In this document: piece by piece, positions 56,192 through 64,000 of the stretch
Layout: each line of letters begins with the position of its first letter
Numbering within the stretch: the stretch's first letter is position 1
Source: Bacteroidales bacterium
Lineage (GTDB): Bacteria; Bacteroidota; Bacteroidia; Bacteroidales; UBA10428
Assembly: GCA_041737175.1 (NCBI GenBank)
Contig: JBGSSF010000034.1
Location: 143,606 to 207,605, forward strand
Length of the DNA stretch: 64,000 bases
Reading direction: 5' to 3'
The notes under the pieces: generated by a model
What the model saw: the letters and a program-made list of their open reading frames with translations, nothing else
Database searches by the model: none
What the model was told of the DNA's origin: nothing
Position numbers and translations under genes: made by a program

Positions 56192-57472
56192 ATGGAAAGG
56201 GATTCTCTCATATTCGACCTGATTCAAAAAGAAAACGATCGCCAGTTGCACGGTATTGAACTGATTGCATCTGAAAACTTTGTGTCTGACCAGGTACTGC
56301 AGGCCATGGGCTCATGCCTTACCAATAAATATGCTGAGGGGCTGCCCGGTAAGCGTTATTATGGTGGATGTCAGGTGGTTGATGAGGTGGAAGAACTTGC
56401 CATCCAGCGAATCAAAACCCTGTTCAATGCAAGCTGGGCCAATGTTCAGCCCCATTCCGGGGCTCAGGCCAATTCCGCCGTTATGCTGGCTGTATTGACG
56501 CCGGGGGATAAATTCATGGGCCTCGATCTGTCGCATGGCGGTCACTTGTCACACGGTTCACCTGTGAATTCATCCGGAATACTGTATCACCCGGTTGCAT
56601 ACACGCTGAATCCAGATACAGGCAGGGTAGATTATGATAAAATGGAGGAAACGGCATTACAGGAAAAGCCCAAACTGATTATTGCCGGGGCATCGGCTTA
56701 TTCACGCGACTGGGACTATGCCCGGATGAGGGCCATTGCCGATAAGGTTGGCGCTCTGCTGATGGCTGACATTGCGCATCCGGCGGGACTGATAGCCAAA
56801 GGATTGCTGAATCATCCTTTCCCACATTGTCATATCGTCACCACCACAACACACAAAACACTGCGGGGCCCAAGGGGCGGATTGATCCTGATCGGTGAAG
56901 ATTTCCCCAATCCATGGGGCTATACTACTCCCAAGGGTGAGATCAAAATGATGTCCAATCTTCTGGACCTTGCCGTATTCCCAGGTACCCAGGGAGGACC
57001 GCTGGAACATGTTATAGCCTCCAAAGCTGTGGCTTTTGGTGAAGCGCTTACTGATTCTTACCGCGATTATGTAACACAGGTCAAAAAAAATGCCGCTGTC
57101 ATGGCCAGGTGCTTTATCGATAAGGGCTATAAAATTGTTTCCAACGGAACTGACAATCATTCCATGCTGATTGACCTGCGCACCAAAGTACCTGATGTTA
57201 CAGGCAAAATGGCGGAGAATGTCCTGGTGAAAGCCGATATTACACTGAATAAAAACATGGTCCCCTTTGATTCAAGAACTCCTTTTACTACTTCGGGTGT
57301 AAGGGTTGGCACTCCGGCCATCACTACAAGAGGAGCCAAAGAAGATCTTATCGAAACCGTGGTTGAGCTCATTGATGAGGTCATCATGCACATCGAAAAT
57401 GAAAAGGTGATCAGTTCGGTAAAAGCAAAGGTGAATCAACTGATGAAGGGCTATCCCCTGTTCGCCTATTAA
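56192..57472 (+). CDS. glyA: Serine hydroxymethyltransferase
   Basis: 426 aa. Motifs are [21 protein letters not shown], and [15 protein letters not shown] carrying the PLP lysine. Confidence 0.95.
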   Translation: MERDSLIFDLIQKENDRQLHGIELIASENFVSDQVLQAMGSCLTNKYAEGLPGKRYYGGCQVVDEVEELAIQRIKTLFNASWANVQPHSGAQANSAVMLAVLTPGDKFMGLDLSHGGHLSHGSPVNSSGILYHPVAYTLNPDTGRVDYDKMEETALQEKPKLIIAGASAYSRDWDYARMRAIADKVGALLMADIAHPAGLIAKGLLNHPFPHCHIVTTTTHKTLRGPRGGLILIGEDFPNPWGYTTPKGEIKMMSNLLDLAVFPGTQGGPLEHVIASKAVAFGEALTDSYRDYVTQVKKNAAVMARCFIDKGYKIVSNGTDNHSMLIDLRTKVPDVTGKMAENVLVKADITLNKNMVPFDSRTPFTTSGVRVGTPAITTRGAKEDLIETVVELIDEVIMHIENEKVISSVKAKVNQLMKGYPLFAY

Positions 57473-57490
57473 AGACAAGAACCTGACATC

Positions 57491-58255
57491 ATGGATTTTG
57501 TCAACCTGGAATGGTACCAGTATCTGCTGATTATAGGAGCCGGCCTGATCGCCGGCTTTATTAATACGCTTGCCGGAAGCGGATCATTGCTCACCCTTCC
57601 CCTGTTAATCTTTATCGGTCTTCCTCCGAATGTGGCCAACGGAACCAACCGCATAGCCATCATGTTGCAGAGCCTGGTGGGATCAGTGGGCTTCAGAAAG
57701 CAGGGATCCCTCGACCTGAGGGCAGGTCTGCTGCTGGGTATACCTTCTGTTGCCGGATCTATCGTTGGAGCATTGATCGCCCTGTCCATTAACAACAAGA
57801 TGATGGAAAGGGTGGTGGGGGTATTGCTGGTTGTCATGTTTTTTGTTGTTTTACTGAAACCTGAGGCCTGGCTGAAAGGGAAAACTGAAAAGGGAATTGG
57901 CGGATCACTGTGGCTGAATATACTTGTATTCTTTGTGATAGGTGTATACGGAGGATTTATCCAGGCAGGTGTGGGTTTCTTTCTGCTGGCCGGGTTGGTT
58001 TTGGGGGCCGGACTTAACGTTGTAAGGGCAAATGCCATCAAGAACTTTTTGGTATTCCTGTATACGCCTTTTGCCCTGGCAGTATTTATGATCGGACATC
58101 AGGTTGATTACAGGGCCGGTCTGATTTTATCAATCGGCAGCATGACGGGAGCCTGGCTGGGAACCCGGTCAGCTGTAAGCTGGGGACCGACATTTGTGCG
58201 CTATGTTTTACTGGTTGCTGTGCTTGTATCTGCAGTGCAGTTGATATTCTTCTGA
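57491..58255 (+). CDS. TauE/SafE-family anion (sulfite) exporter
   Basis: 254 aa and polytopic. INTLAGSGSLLTLPLL and the duplicated G-rich helices are typical of the family. Confidence 0.75.
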   Translation: MDFVNLEWYQYLLIIGAGLIAGFINTLAGSGSLLTLPLLIFIGLPPNVANGTNRIAIMLQSLVGSVGFRKQGSLDLRAGLLLGIPSVAGSIVGALIALSINNKMMERVVGVLLVVMFFVVLLKPEAWLKGKTEKGIGGSLWLNILVFFVIGVYGGFIQAGVGFFLLAGLVLGAGLNVVRANAIKNFLVFLYTPFALAVFMIGHQVDYRAGLILSIGSMTGAWLGTRSAVSWGPTFVRYVLLVAVLVSAVQLIFF

Positions 58256-58256
58256 T

Positions 58257-59066
58257 CTACTGCAGTTTGAAATGATAAGTAATGGTGCCCACCTGTTGCT
58301 CCGGAGCATCATTCTTCAGGTTGAATTTTGATTCAAGAGCTGCTTTTTTGGCGGCAGCCCATAAGGTATTATCTACCAGGGTAGATCCTTTAGCGCCGGG
58401 TGCGGCTTTGATGACTTTGCCCGAACGGTCCACTGTGATTTCAACTTTTACAATCCCTTCCTTCTGAATATTGAATTCCGGTTTCTGCAGATGCAAAGGA
58501 CTTCTGCCGTTCAGATCGAATGCAATACCACCACCTCCAAGCCCCTTTGAATAATTGTCGGAATCCGGCGTGCCCGTCGGATCTCCCATATTGCCCGATC
58601 CTTTGTAGATTCCCTCTGATGTGCCTGCTTCCGCAGTGGATTGCCCCTTTGTGCCTTTGCTTGAATAAAGCGCTTTTTTATTGACAGTAGGTTTGGCCGG
58701 TTCTGCAGTAGTGGTTTGAGCAGGTTTTTTAACAGGCTGGGTAACCGGCTTGGTTTCGGGCTTTTTTTCAGTCTTCTTGGTTTCAGCCGGTTTCTTCACT
58801 GCCGGGGCTTCTTCAAAGTCCTGGGTCAGCATGCCGTCTTCGGCTTTGGGCTGACTGGCAGAAGGTGCAGGGGCGGCAGCCGATGATAAATCACTCATGG
58901 CCGGTTCTTCGGGTCCTCCGGCACTTTCCATATCCCCAAAATTAATCAGAATACCCCCTTCGGAGGGTGAGGGTTTTGTCAGGGTGATGTAAGTGAACAG
59001 AAGGATCAGCACAATAATATTGTGTATGATAAAAGTCCCCAACATACCGTAATGCTTTTCCGTCAT
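58257..59066 (-). CDS. tonB: Energy transducer TonB
   Basis: 269 aa with an N-terminal anchor helix, a P/A/K/T/E-rich spacer (KKPETKPVTQPVKKPAQ) and a C-terminal TonB_C-like domain. It is the last gene of the exbB-exbD-tonB operon. Confidence 0.8.
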   Translation of the reverse strand: MTEKHYGMLGTFIIHNIIVLILLFTYITLTKPSPSEGGILINFGDMESAGGPEEPAMSDLSSAAAPAPSASQPKAEDGMLTQDFEEAPAVKKPAETKKTEKKPETKPVTQPVKKPAQTTTAEPAKPTVNKKALYSSKGTKGQSTAEAGTSEGIYKGSGNMGDPTGTPDSDNYSKGLGGGGIAFDLNGRSPLHLQKPEFNIQKEGIVKVEITVDRSGKVIKAAPGAKGSTLVDNTLWAAAKKAALESKFNLKNDAPEQQVGTITYHFKLQ

Positions 59067-59071
59067 CTGCC

Positions 59072-59473
59072 TTATTTTTTGAGTTCAGGGCTGGTAGCCA
59101 GAATAACCTTGTAGTTATTTTTTTTGGCTATGTTCATGACTTCAACAATATATTCAATGGGAACGGACCTTTCAGCGTGAATGGCAATGGTGGGGTCCTC
59201 GGTTTTCCCGACCTTTCGCTGAAGCAAGAATTCAAGCTGGGATATGTCGACCGGTGTTTTTTCCACAAAAAAAGAAATATCCTTGGTTATGGATACCGTG
59301 GTGATCGGCCTGCTGGTTGTCTGACTGTTGCTTCGCGGAAGAAGCAGCTTGATCGCATTGGGTGAAACGAGTGTGGAGGTAAGCATAAAGAACAGCAGCA
59401 GCAGGAAAATAATATCCGTCATTCCTGCAACGCTATAACTGACTTCAACTTTATTTCTTGATCGCAGTGCCAT
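59072..59473 (-). CDS. exbD: Biopolymer transporter ExbD/TolR
   Basis: 133 aa. MTDIIFLLLLFFMLTS is the anchor helix carrying the conserved Asp. Confidence 0.85.
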   Translation of the reverse strand: MALRSRNKVEVSYSVAGMTDIIFLLLLFFMLTSTLVSPNAIKLLLPRSNSQTTSRPITTVSITKDISFFVEKTPVDISQLEFLLQRKVGKTEDPTIAIHAERSVPIEYIVEVMNIAKKNNYKVILATSPELKK

Positions 59474-59496
59474 ATATCGGGTATCAGATAAATCAA

Positions 59497-60198
59497 TTAT
59501 TTCTTTACGGGCTCATTCAACAGATCCATGAATTCCATGGAATATGCCTCAAGCCTGTTTACCAATTCTTCAACGCGGGCAACCAGGTAATTGTATGCGA
59601 AAAACGCAGGAATTCCTACCAGCAAACCGCCTACTGTCGTGATCAGCGCTATATAAATACCATTGGAAAGTATCCCGATATCCAGGCTGGTCCCGGCATT
59701 TGCCATGTCCATGAATGTTTTCACCATACCCAGAACGGTGCCGAAAAATCCCAGCATGGGAGCCCCCCCGGCGCATGAAGCCAGGATGGCCAAACCCTTT
59801 TCGAGTTTATATACTTCCACCTGGCCGATGTTCTGAATTGCCGTATTGATATCATTCAGCGGTCGCCCAATGCGGCTGACACCTTTTTCCATCATACGGG
59901 CCAGGGGATTGTTGGTCGACTGACACAGGGCCATGGCCGAATCAACTTTTCCGTCATGGATATAATCCTTGATCCTGTTCATGAAATTCTGGTCTATTTT
60001 TCCTGCATTCCGGATGGCCATAAACCGTTCTATGAAAATGTAAATCGCAATAATGGAAAGAATGGCAATGGGAACCATTACCCATCCTCCCTTTACGGCC
60101 AGTTCAAAATAAGACACCGGGGTTTCATTGGCAGCAGCGCTGGTAGCAAGACTGTCAGCATTGCTGCTCACAACATTCTGTAATAGTACAAGCAACAT
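59497..60198 (-). CDS. exbB: MotA/TolQ/ExbB proton-channel protein
   Basis: 233 aa. APMLGFFGTVLGMV and ALITTVGGLLVGIPA are the family motifs. Confidence 0.9.
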   Translation of the reverse strand: MLLVLLQNVVSSNADSLATSAAANETPVSYFELAVKGGWVMVPIAILSIIAIYIFIERFMAIRNAGKIDQNFMNRIKDYIHDGKVDSAMALCQSTNNPLARMMEKGVSRIGRPLNDINTAIQNIGQVEVYKLEKGLAILASCAGGAPMLGFFGTVLGMVKTFMDMANAGTSLDIGILSNGIYIALITTVGGLLVGIPAFFAYNYLVARVEELVNRLEAYSMEFMDLLNEPVKK

Positions 60199-60269
60199 AT
60201 ACGATTTTTTAAAGATTCGCTAAATTATATAAACGGTGAATACAGGTGTTTATTTTTACAACCAAGTTA

Positions 60270-63200
60270 TTAACCACCCGGGTCCGGTTCTTCGGATACT
60301 GCAGGTTGTTCCTCTTTTTTACCGAATATGGATTTTAAATACCTCCTCCAGAGTTCACCTACGGTATTGAACTCCTCTTTGTAAAATACCCCGAATCCCT
60401 GGGTATAGGGATTATCATAAAGCATGTCGTTGTTGATGTGATTGTAGGTCTTCAGCCTGAATTTGCCGTTTGGAACAAGCTTATAATCAATGTCAAATTC
60501 ACCGACAATATTGTCAGAAGCACTGGCTGCAGCATTGGTGGCCACATCAACACTTCCGTTGATGGTAAGCCGGTCATTGAACAACTGCGTGGATAGTGCC
60601 ACCTGGACCTCGTCGCTCTTCATTTCACGGTTTGTCCGGTAATTCACGCCGACATCCACATCGCTGTTGATCTGTGATAACCAGTTACTCAATTGATTGG
60701 AAAGGAATTCACTGGCATTTACTCCCGCGGCACTGGAGTATGGCGAAGCCGTGCCGCCGGGCTGGGATTGCAATCCTGACCGGGTGGTACTCAGAACGAA
60801 CCGGTTGAGGGTCAGCAGTGAAATGAACTGTTTGTTCAATTCCTCGCTTGAGCCGATAGCGCTGGCCACCATCAACCGGGTTGATTCATCGGCATTCGGA
60901 AGATAAATATCATATTTTACATTCGGTGACATCAGCTTGCCTGTCATCGTCACGCGGTCATGCACATTGATTTTCCTGTCATCAGTGGTGCCCAGCAAAT
61001 CTTTCAGCGATGCTTTGGTAGCGTAATTGGCAACAATATCAATAGCGGCATCCAGGGGATCTCCGTTCCAGCGGATGGTACCGCCGGGTTCAATGGTGAG
61101 TTTCTTGTTGATGATATTCTGCAGGGTGAACAAATAGTCTCCCTTTTCGATGGTGTATTCGCCAAACATAATGAAATCCCCCGAGGTGCTGATTTTCATA
61201 TCCAGATTGCCATTGCCGTTTCCCTTGATGATGTCCCCGAGTTTTGGATCGAAAATGATCTGGACTTCTGCATCAGGTGTGACGGTAAGTCCGAAATTGA
61301 TCTGCATGCCCGATGATTTAACCTGATAATCAATAATATCCAAATCATCCGGTTGTTTATCGTACAGATTGACAACAGTAATAAATTGGTATTCATCCAG
61401 TTCACCTGTATTTGAAAGGGGTAAACTGATGGTGGTGTTCTTATTTGTGGTTGCCTGAATATCCATGGTGATATTTTTAGGAGGTCCGGCGATTTTAATA
61501 TCACCGGTAGCATACGCGGTTCCGTAGAAAACCTGGTTATCAGCCTGGGTGGTATTCATGCAAAGAAAATTCTGGAATCGGATGGCAAGATCGAGCACAA
61601 AATCTTTCAGATACCTGTTGCGGATGGCTCCGGCGAGATATGCTGAATTTCCTTTCGGATCATATATCCTGATATCTTTAAAGTAAATGTTGTTATTTTC
61701 TATTTGCACTTTATCTGTGAAATTATAACGGGTCTGGAGGTAATTGACTGTAAAAGCAGTTTTCTGAAGATCAAGCTCACCGTTTAACAAAGGCCGGGCA
61801 AGAGTACCTGTTAGTTTTGCTTTGCCTGACGCCGCTCCCCGGAGGTCGCTGAATATCACCTTAACATAGGGATTGAAAAGGTTCAGTCTTAGTTTATCAA
61901 GTTTCAAATTGAAATCCAGCTTGCCTTCATGGGTTGGAAAGTATTCACCTTCCAAATCAATGGTTTTTAAATTGTCGCGCATGGCAAGTGCCATAAGATT
62001 CACTGACTTACGGTCATTGTTCCATTTCGAGCTGATTTGCGCGCTGCCAAGCATTTCATTATTGATCATCAGGCTGTCAATTTTCAACAAGCTGGTGAAA
62101 AGGATATTGCTGTATATGTCTGAAACCGAGGCATTGCCATTTAGTATCCCGCCCAGCTTATAGCCTGAGGTGGCAGCAATTCCATTCAGATTGCCCAGGT
62201 TAAAACGATGGAACAGAATATTCATATTATCTGAGGGAACTTCAGAAAGGACGCCTTCCAATTTGAAATATTCATTCCCATGGTTGATGACAAGATTGTC
62301 GAACGTGATTTTCGAGCTATCAATCATGATTTTCCCCGGTTGAATCGTCCACAGCGTATCATTGGTGACGAAACTGGCCGGCAAAAGCCCGATATCAAAA
62401 TGCGGGAACCGGCTTCCTCCCTTTCTGGTAACTCTGCCCACTGCGCTGATATCACCTTTGTGCTGCAAATCCTGCCAATTATTCCATCGGATCTTCAAAG
62501 ATGCTTCATCCTTTCCGACATTGGAATAGAGCGTGAAGTTATCCAGCGTGATCTTTTTTCCCAGAATCAGATTCTTGCCACCTGCTTCAATATCCAGGGA
62601 GTCATTATTTCCTGTCAGGATTACATTTAGATTATTCCAGGTGGTACCTTTTGCAATGAGCTTTGAGGTTTGCAAACTCATATTTATATTCTGATTATCA
62701 GGCAGGTAGGTAAGTTTTACCGTGCTGTTTTCAGCAATGCCATATTCAGGAAGAAAAAAATCCAGCAGAGGTTTGGCATTTTTAATGATTGCTGACAGCT
62801 GAAGGCTATGGTCGGGAGTGGCTGTCTTCAATACCGAAGAGTCTGCAAGTGAAGGAAGGTAGGTCAGGATGAAATACCTGACGGCGTCGCCAATTTTTGT
62901 CAGCTCATAATTGCCTTTCATATCAGCGTCTAAGAAATCTGATCGGAGGGTAATGTTACTGTAACCGGATGCGTTTTCTGACAGAACGCTGAAATCATAG
63001 ATTTGCAATTGTTTGTCTTTTTTTATAAATAGCGAATTCAGAAGTTTGACCTCACCATTGAGTGTATTGACAGAGTTGCCCCTGGCATTGGCGATCAGGT
63101 AAAAGGATGCCCTGAAATCCGGATCGGAATTTTCTAAATTCAAAGCGTAAAGATTTGCATCAGTTATATTCGCAGTGAAGTCAAATGCAGCCACGGAATC

Positions 63201-64000
63201 GGATAAATTAACCTTTCCCAGGAATTCAAGTTCCGCATTGGGGTCGTGCATATTTACTGATCCGTTAAAAGTTTTGTCATCCAGGTTGCCGGAAAGGCTG
63301 ATGTTGGTATATTTGTATTGCTTTAGTTCAACGCTTTGTATCAAACCTTTCAGAGACGCCTTGATCGATTTACCAGCGAGGGTAGCACCATTGATCGTGG
63401 CAGAAAGATTAATCTGTCCAACATTTTTAGATGCGTCCAGAAGATACCCAAGATCGAAATCCCTGGTAATTAGTTTTCCCTCAAAACTAACGTAATTGGA
63501 TGTATCCGGCCTGAAGAGCAGGTCGGTACTGAGTATTCCAATATCGGTGTTAAACTGGCCATAGGTCACGAAATCGTTGAAAAAACCGGTGAAGTTTCCA
63601 GTGAAAGTAACATTGCCAAGTTTTTCAAATTGTCCCGGAAGTTTAAGTCTTTTATTTCCGGGAAGTTCAAGGCTTTTTATATCTGATGCAGATGTGGTAA
63701 AATCATCGATATCGGCCAGGATAAATGTTTCACGGATATCAGGCAGACCTTCAAAATTTAACTCCCCTGCAAGCCTTGAACTATTGCCATAGGTGATATC
63801 AATTTTTCTCCCCTTCAGGTTGCTTACAGGTCCGGTTACCTTACCCGTGAAAGAAATTAGCTGGTTAGTATTCCGGAAAGCAGGTGCGAAATATCCTAAG
63901 TCATGCAGATTTACTTTTGAGTCCACCAGATCGATCCTTAACCTGACAAACCGGGTAAACGAATCTGCTTTAAACTGGTCCCAGTTATCGAAACGCAAGG
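60270..64000 (-). CDS. tamB: Translocation/assembly module protein TamB (N-terminus beyond the window edge)
   Basis: More than 1242 aa are open to the window end. The sequence is a very long beta-rich repetitive (N/G/D/L/T) run. The C-terminus has the DUF490-like pattern (LSTQLFNDRLTINGSVD ... DIDYKLVPNGKFRLKTYNH). Confidence 0.8.
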   Translation of the reverse strand, partial: LRFDNWDQFKADSFTRFVRLRIDLVDSKVNLHDLGYFAPAFRNTNQLISFTGKVTGPVSNLKGRKIDITYGNSSRLAGELNFEGLPDIRETFILADIDDFTTSASDIKSLELPGNKRLKLPGQFEKLGNVTFTGNFTGFFNDFVTYGQFNTDIGILSTDLLFRPDTSNYVSFEGKLITRDFDLGYLLDASKNVGQINLSATINGATLAGKSIKASLKGLIQSVELKQYKYTNISLSGNLDDKTFNGSVNMHDPNAELEFLGKVNLSDSVAAFDFTANITDANLYALNLENSDPDFRASFYLIANARGNSVNTLNGEVKLLNSLFIKKDKQLQIYDFSVLSENASGYSNITLRSDFLDADMKGNYELTKIGDAVRYFILTYLPSLADSSVLKTATPDHSLQLSAIIKNAKPLLDFFLPEYGIAENSTVKLTYLPDNQNINMSLQTSKLIAKGTTWNNLNVILTGNNDSLDIEAGGKNLILGKKITLDNFTLYSNVGKDEASLKIRWNNWQDLQHKGDISAVGRVTRKGGSRFPHFDIGLLPASFVTNDTLWTIQPGKIMIDSSKITFDNLVINHGNEYFKLEGVLSEVPSDNMNILFHRFNLGNLNGIAATSGYKLGGILNGNASVSDIYSNILFTSLLKIDSLMINNEMLGSAQISSKWNNDRKSVNLMALAMRDNLKTIDLEGEYFPTHEGKLDFNLKLDKLRLNLFNPYVKVIFSDLRGAASGKAKLTGTLARPLLNGELDLQKTAFTVNYLQTRYNFTDKVQIENNNIYFKDIRIYDPKGNSAYLAGAIRNRYLKDFVLDLAIRFQNFLCMNTTQADNQVFYGTAYATGDIKIAGPPKNITMDIQATTNKNTTISLPLSNTGELDEYQFITVVNLYDKQPDDLDIIDYQVKSSGMQINFGLTVTPDAEVQIIFDPKLGDIIKGNGNGNLDMKISTSGDFIMFGEYTIEKGDYLFTLQNIINKKLTIEPGGTIRWNGDPLDAAIDIVANYATKASLKDLLGTTDDRKINVHDRVTMTGKLMSPNVKYDIYLPNADESTRLMVASAIGSSEELNKQFISLLTLNRFVLSTTRSGLQSQPGGTASPYSSAAGVNASEFLSNQLSNWLSQINSDVDVGVNYRTNREMKSDEVQVALSTQLFNDRLTINGSVDVATNAAASASDNIVGEFDIDYKLVPNGKFRLKTYNHINNDMLYDNPYTQGFGVFYKEEFNTVGELWRRYLKSIFGKKEEQPAVSEEPDPGG

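Noticed and set aside
57469-58041. A 190-aa Pro/Thr/Ala-rich minus-strand ORF lies opposite the TauE/SafE gene.
   Set aside because: The plus-strand product is a coherent polytopic membrane protein with family motifs. The antisense product is low-complexity and is the mirror of Gly/Leu/Val codons.
1-64000. I looked for mobile elements, prophage genes, toxin-antitoxin pairs, restriction-modification, CBASS, retron or other defence genes, and for rRNA or tRNA genes.
   Set aside because: No integrase, transposase or recombinase motifs were seen, and no terminal inverted repeats flank a block. I also saw no reverse-transcriptase, nuclease-helicase or cyclase signatures and no structured RNA genes. 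The novelty candidates here are envelope and transport/regulatory modules and an orphan carbohydrate enzyme, not defence islands.

Overview
This is a chromosomal segment that looks like Bacteroidota. The evidence is a PorP/SprF gene, T9SS type-B C-terminal domains, a TonB-dependent receptor, an ExbB-ExbD-TonB-TamB neighbourhood and TAnnTTTG-type promoter boxes. Coding density is very high, at about 50 credible CDS. I found no rRNA, tRNA, CRISPR array, transposase, integrase or recognisable defence gene. Most of the window is carbohydrate catabolism. It includes PfkB kinase plus a D-lyxose-isomerase-like cupin, and an exported TIM-barrel isomerase coupled to GH30. It also holds a five-gene rare-sugar operon with a divergent AraC regulator. 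A GH2/DUF5916/GH3/esterase block is followed by two MFS transporters and a large orphan enzyme, and there is a galK-galM-transporter set. Housekeeping genes are asnA/asnC, glyA, an M19 dipeptidase and a ClC channel. Four loci are not explained by standard annotation. (1) An ECF sigma/anti-sigma pair whose anti-sigma ends in the same SprB-repeat plus T9SS type-B CTD module as a neighbouring cargo, next to a PorP/SprF gene. (2) A 1141-aa orphan protein with GH94-like phosphorylase motifs and a 302-aa partner. (3) A ModE-N-like regulator, a TonB-dependent receptor and a polytopic membrane protein fused to a P-loop NTPase. (4) An operon with two coiled-coil proteins, a membrane-anchored ABC binding protein fused to an OmpA domain, a permease, an ATPase and a ClC channel. 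Several families of intergenic hairpins and short tandem repeats are also present. All functional calls rest on motifs read by eye and recalled family signatures; no searches were run.
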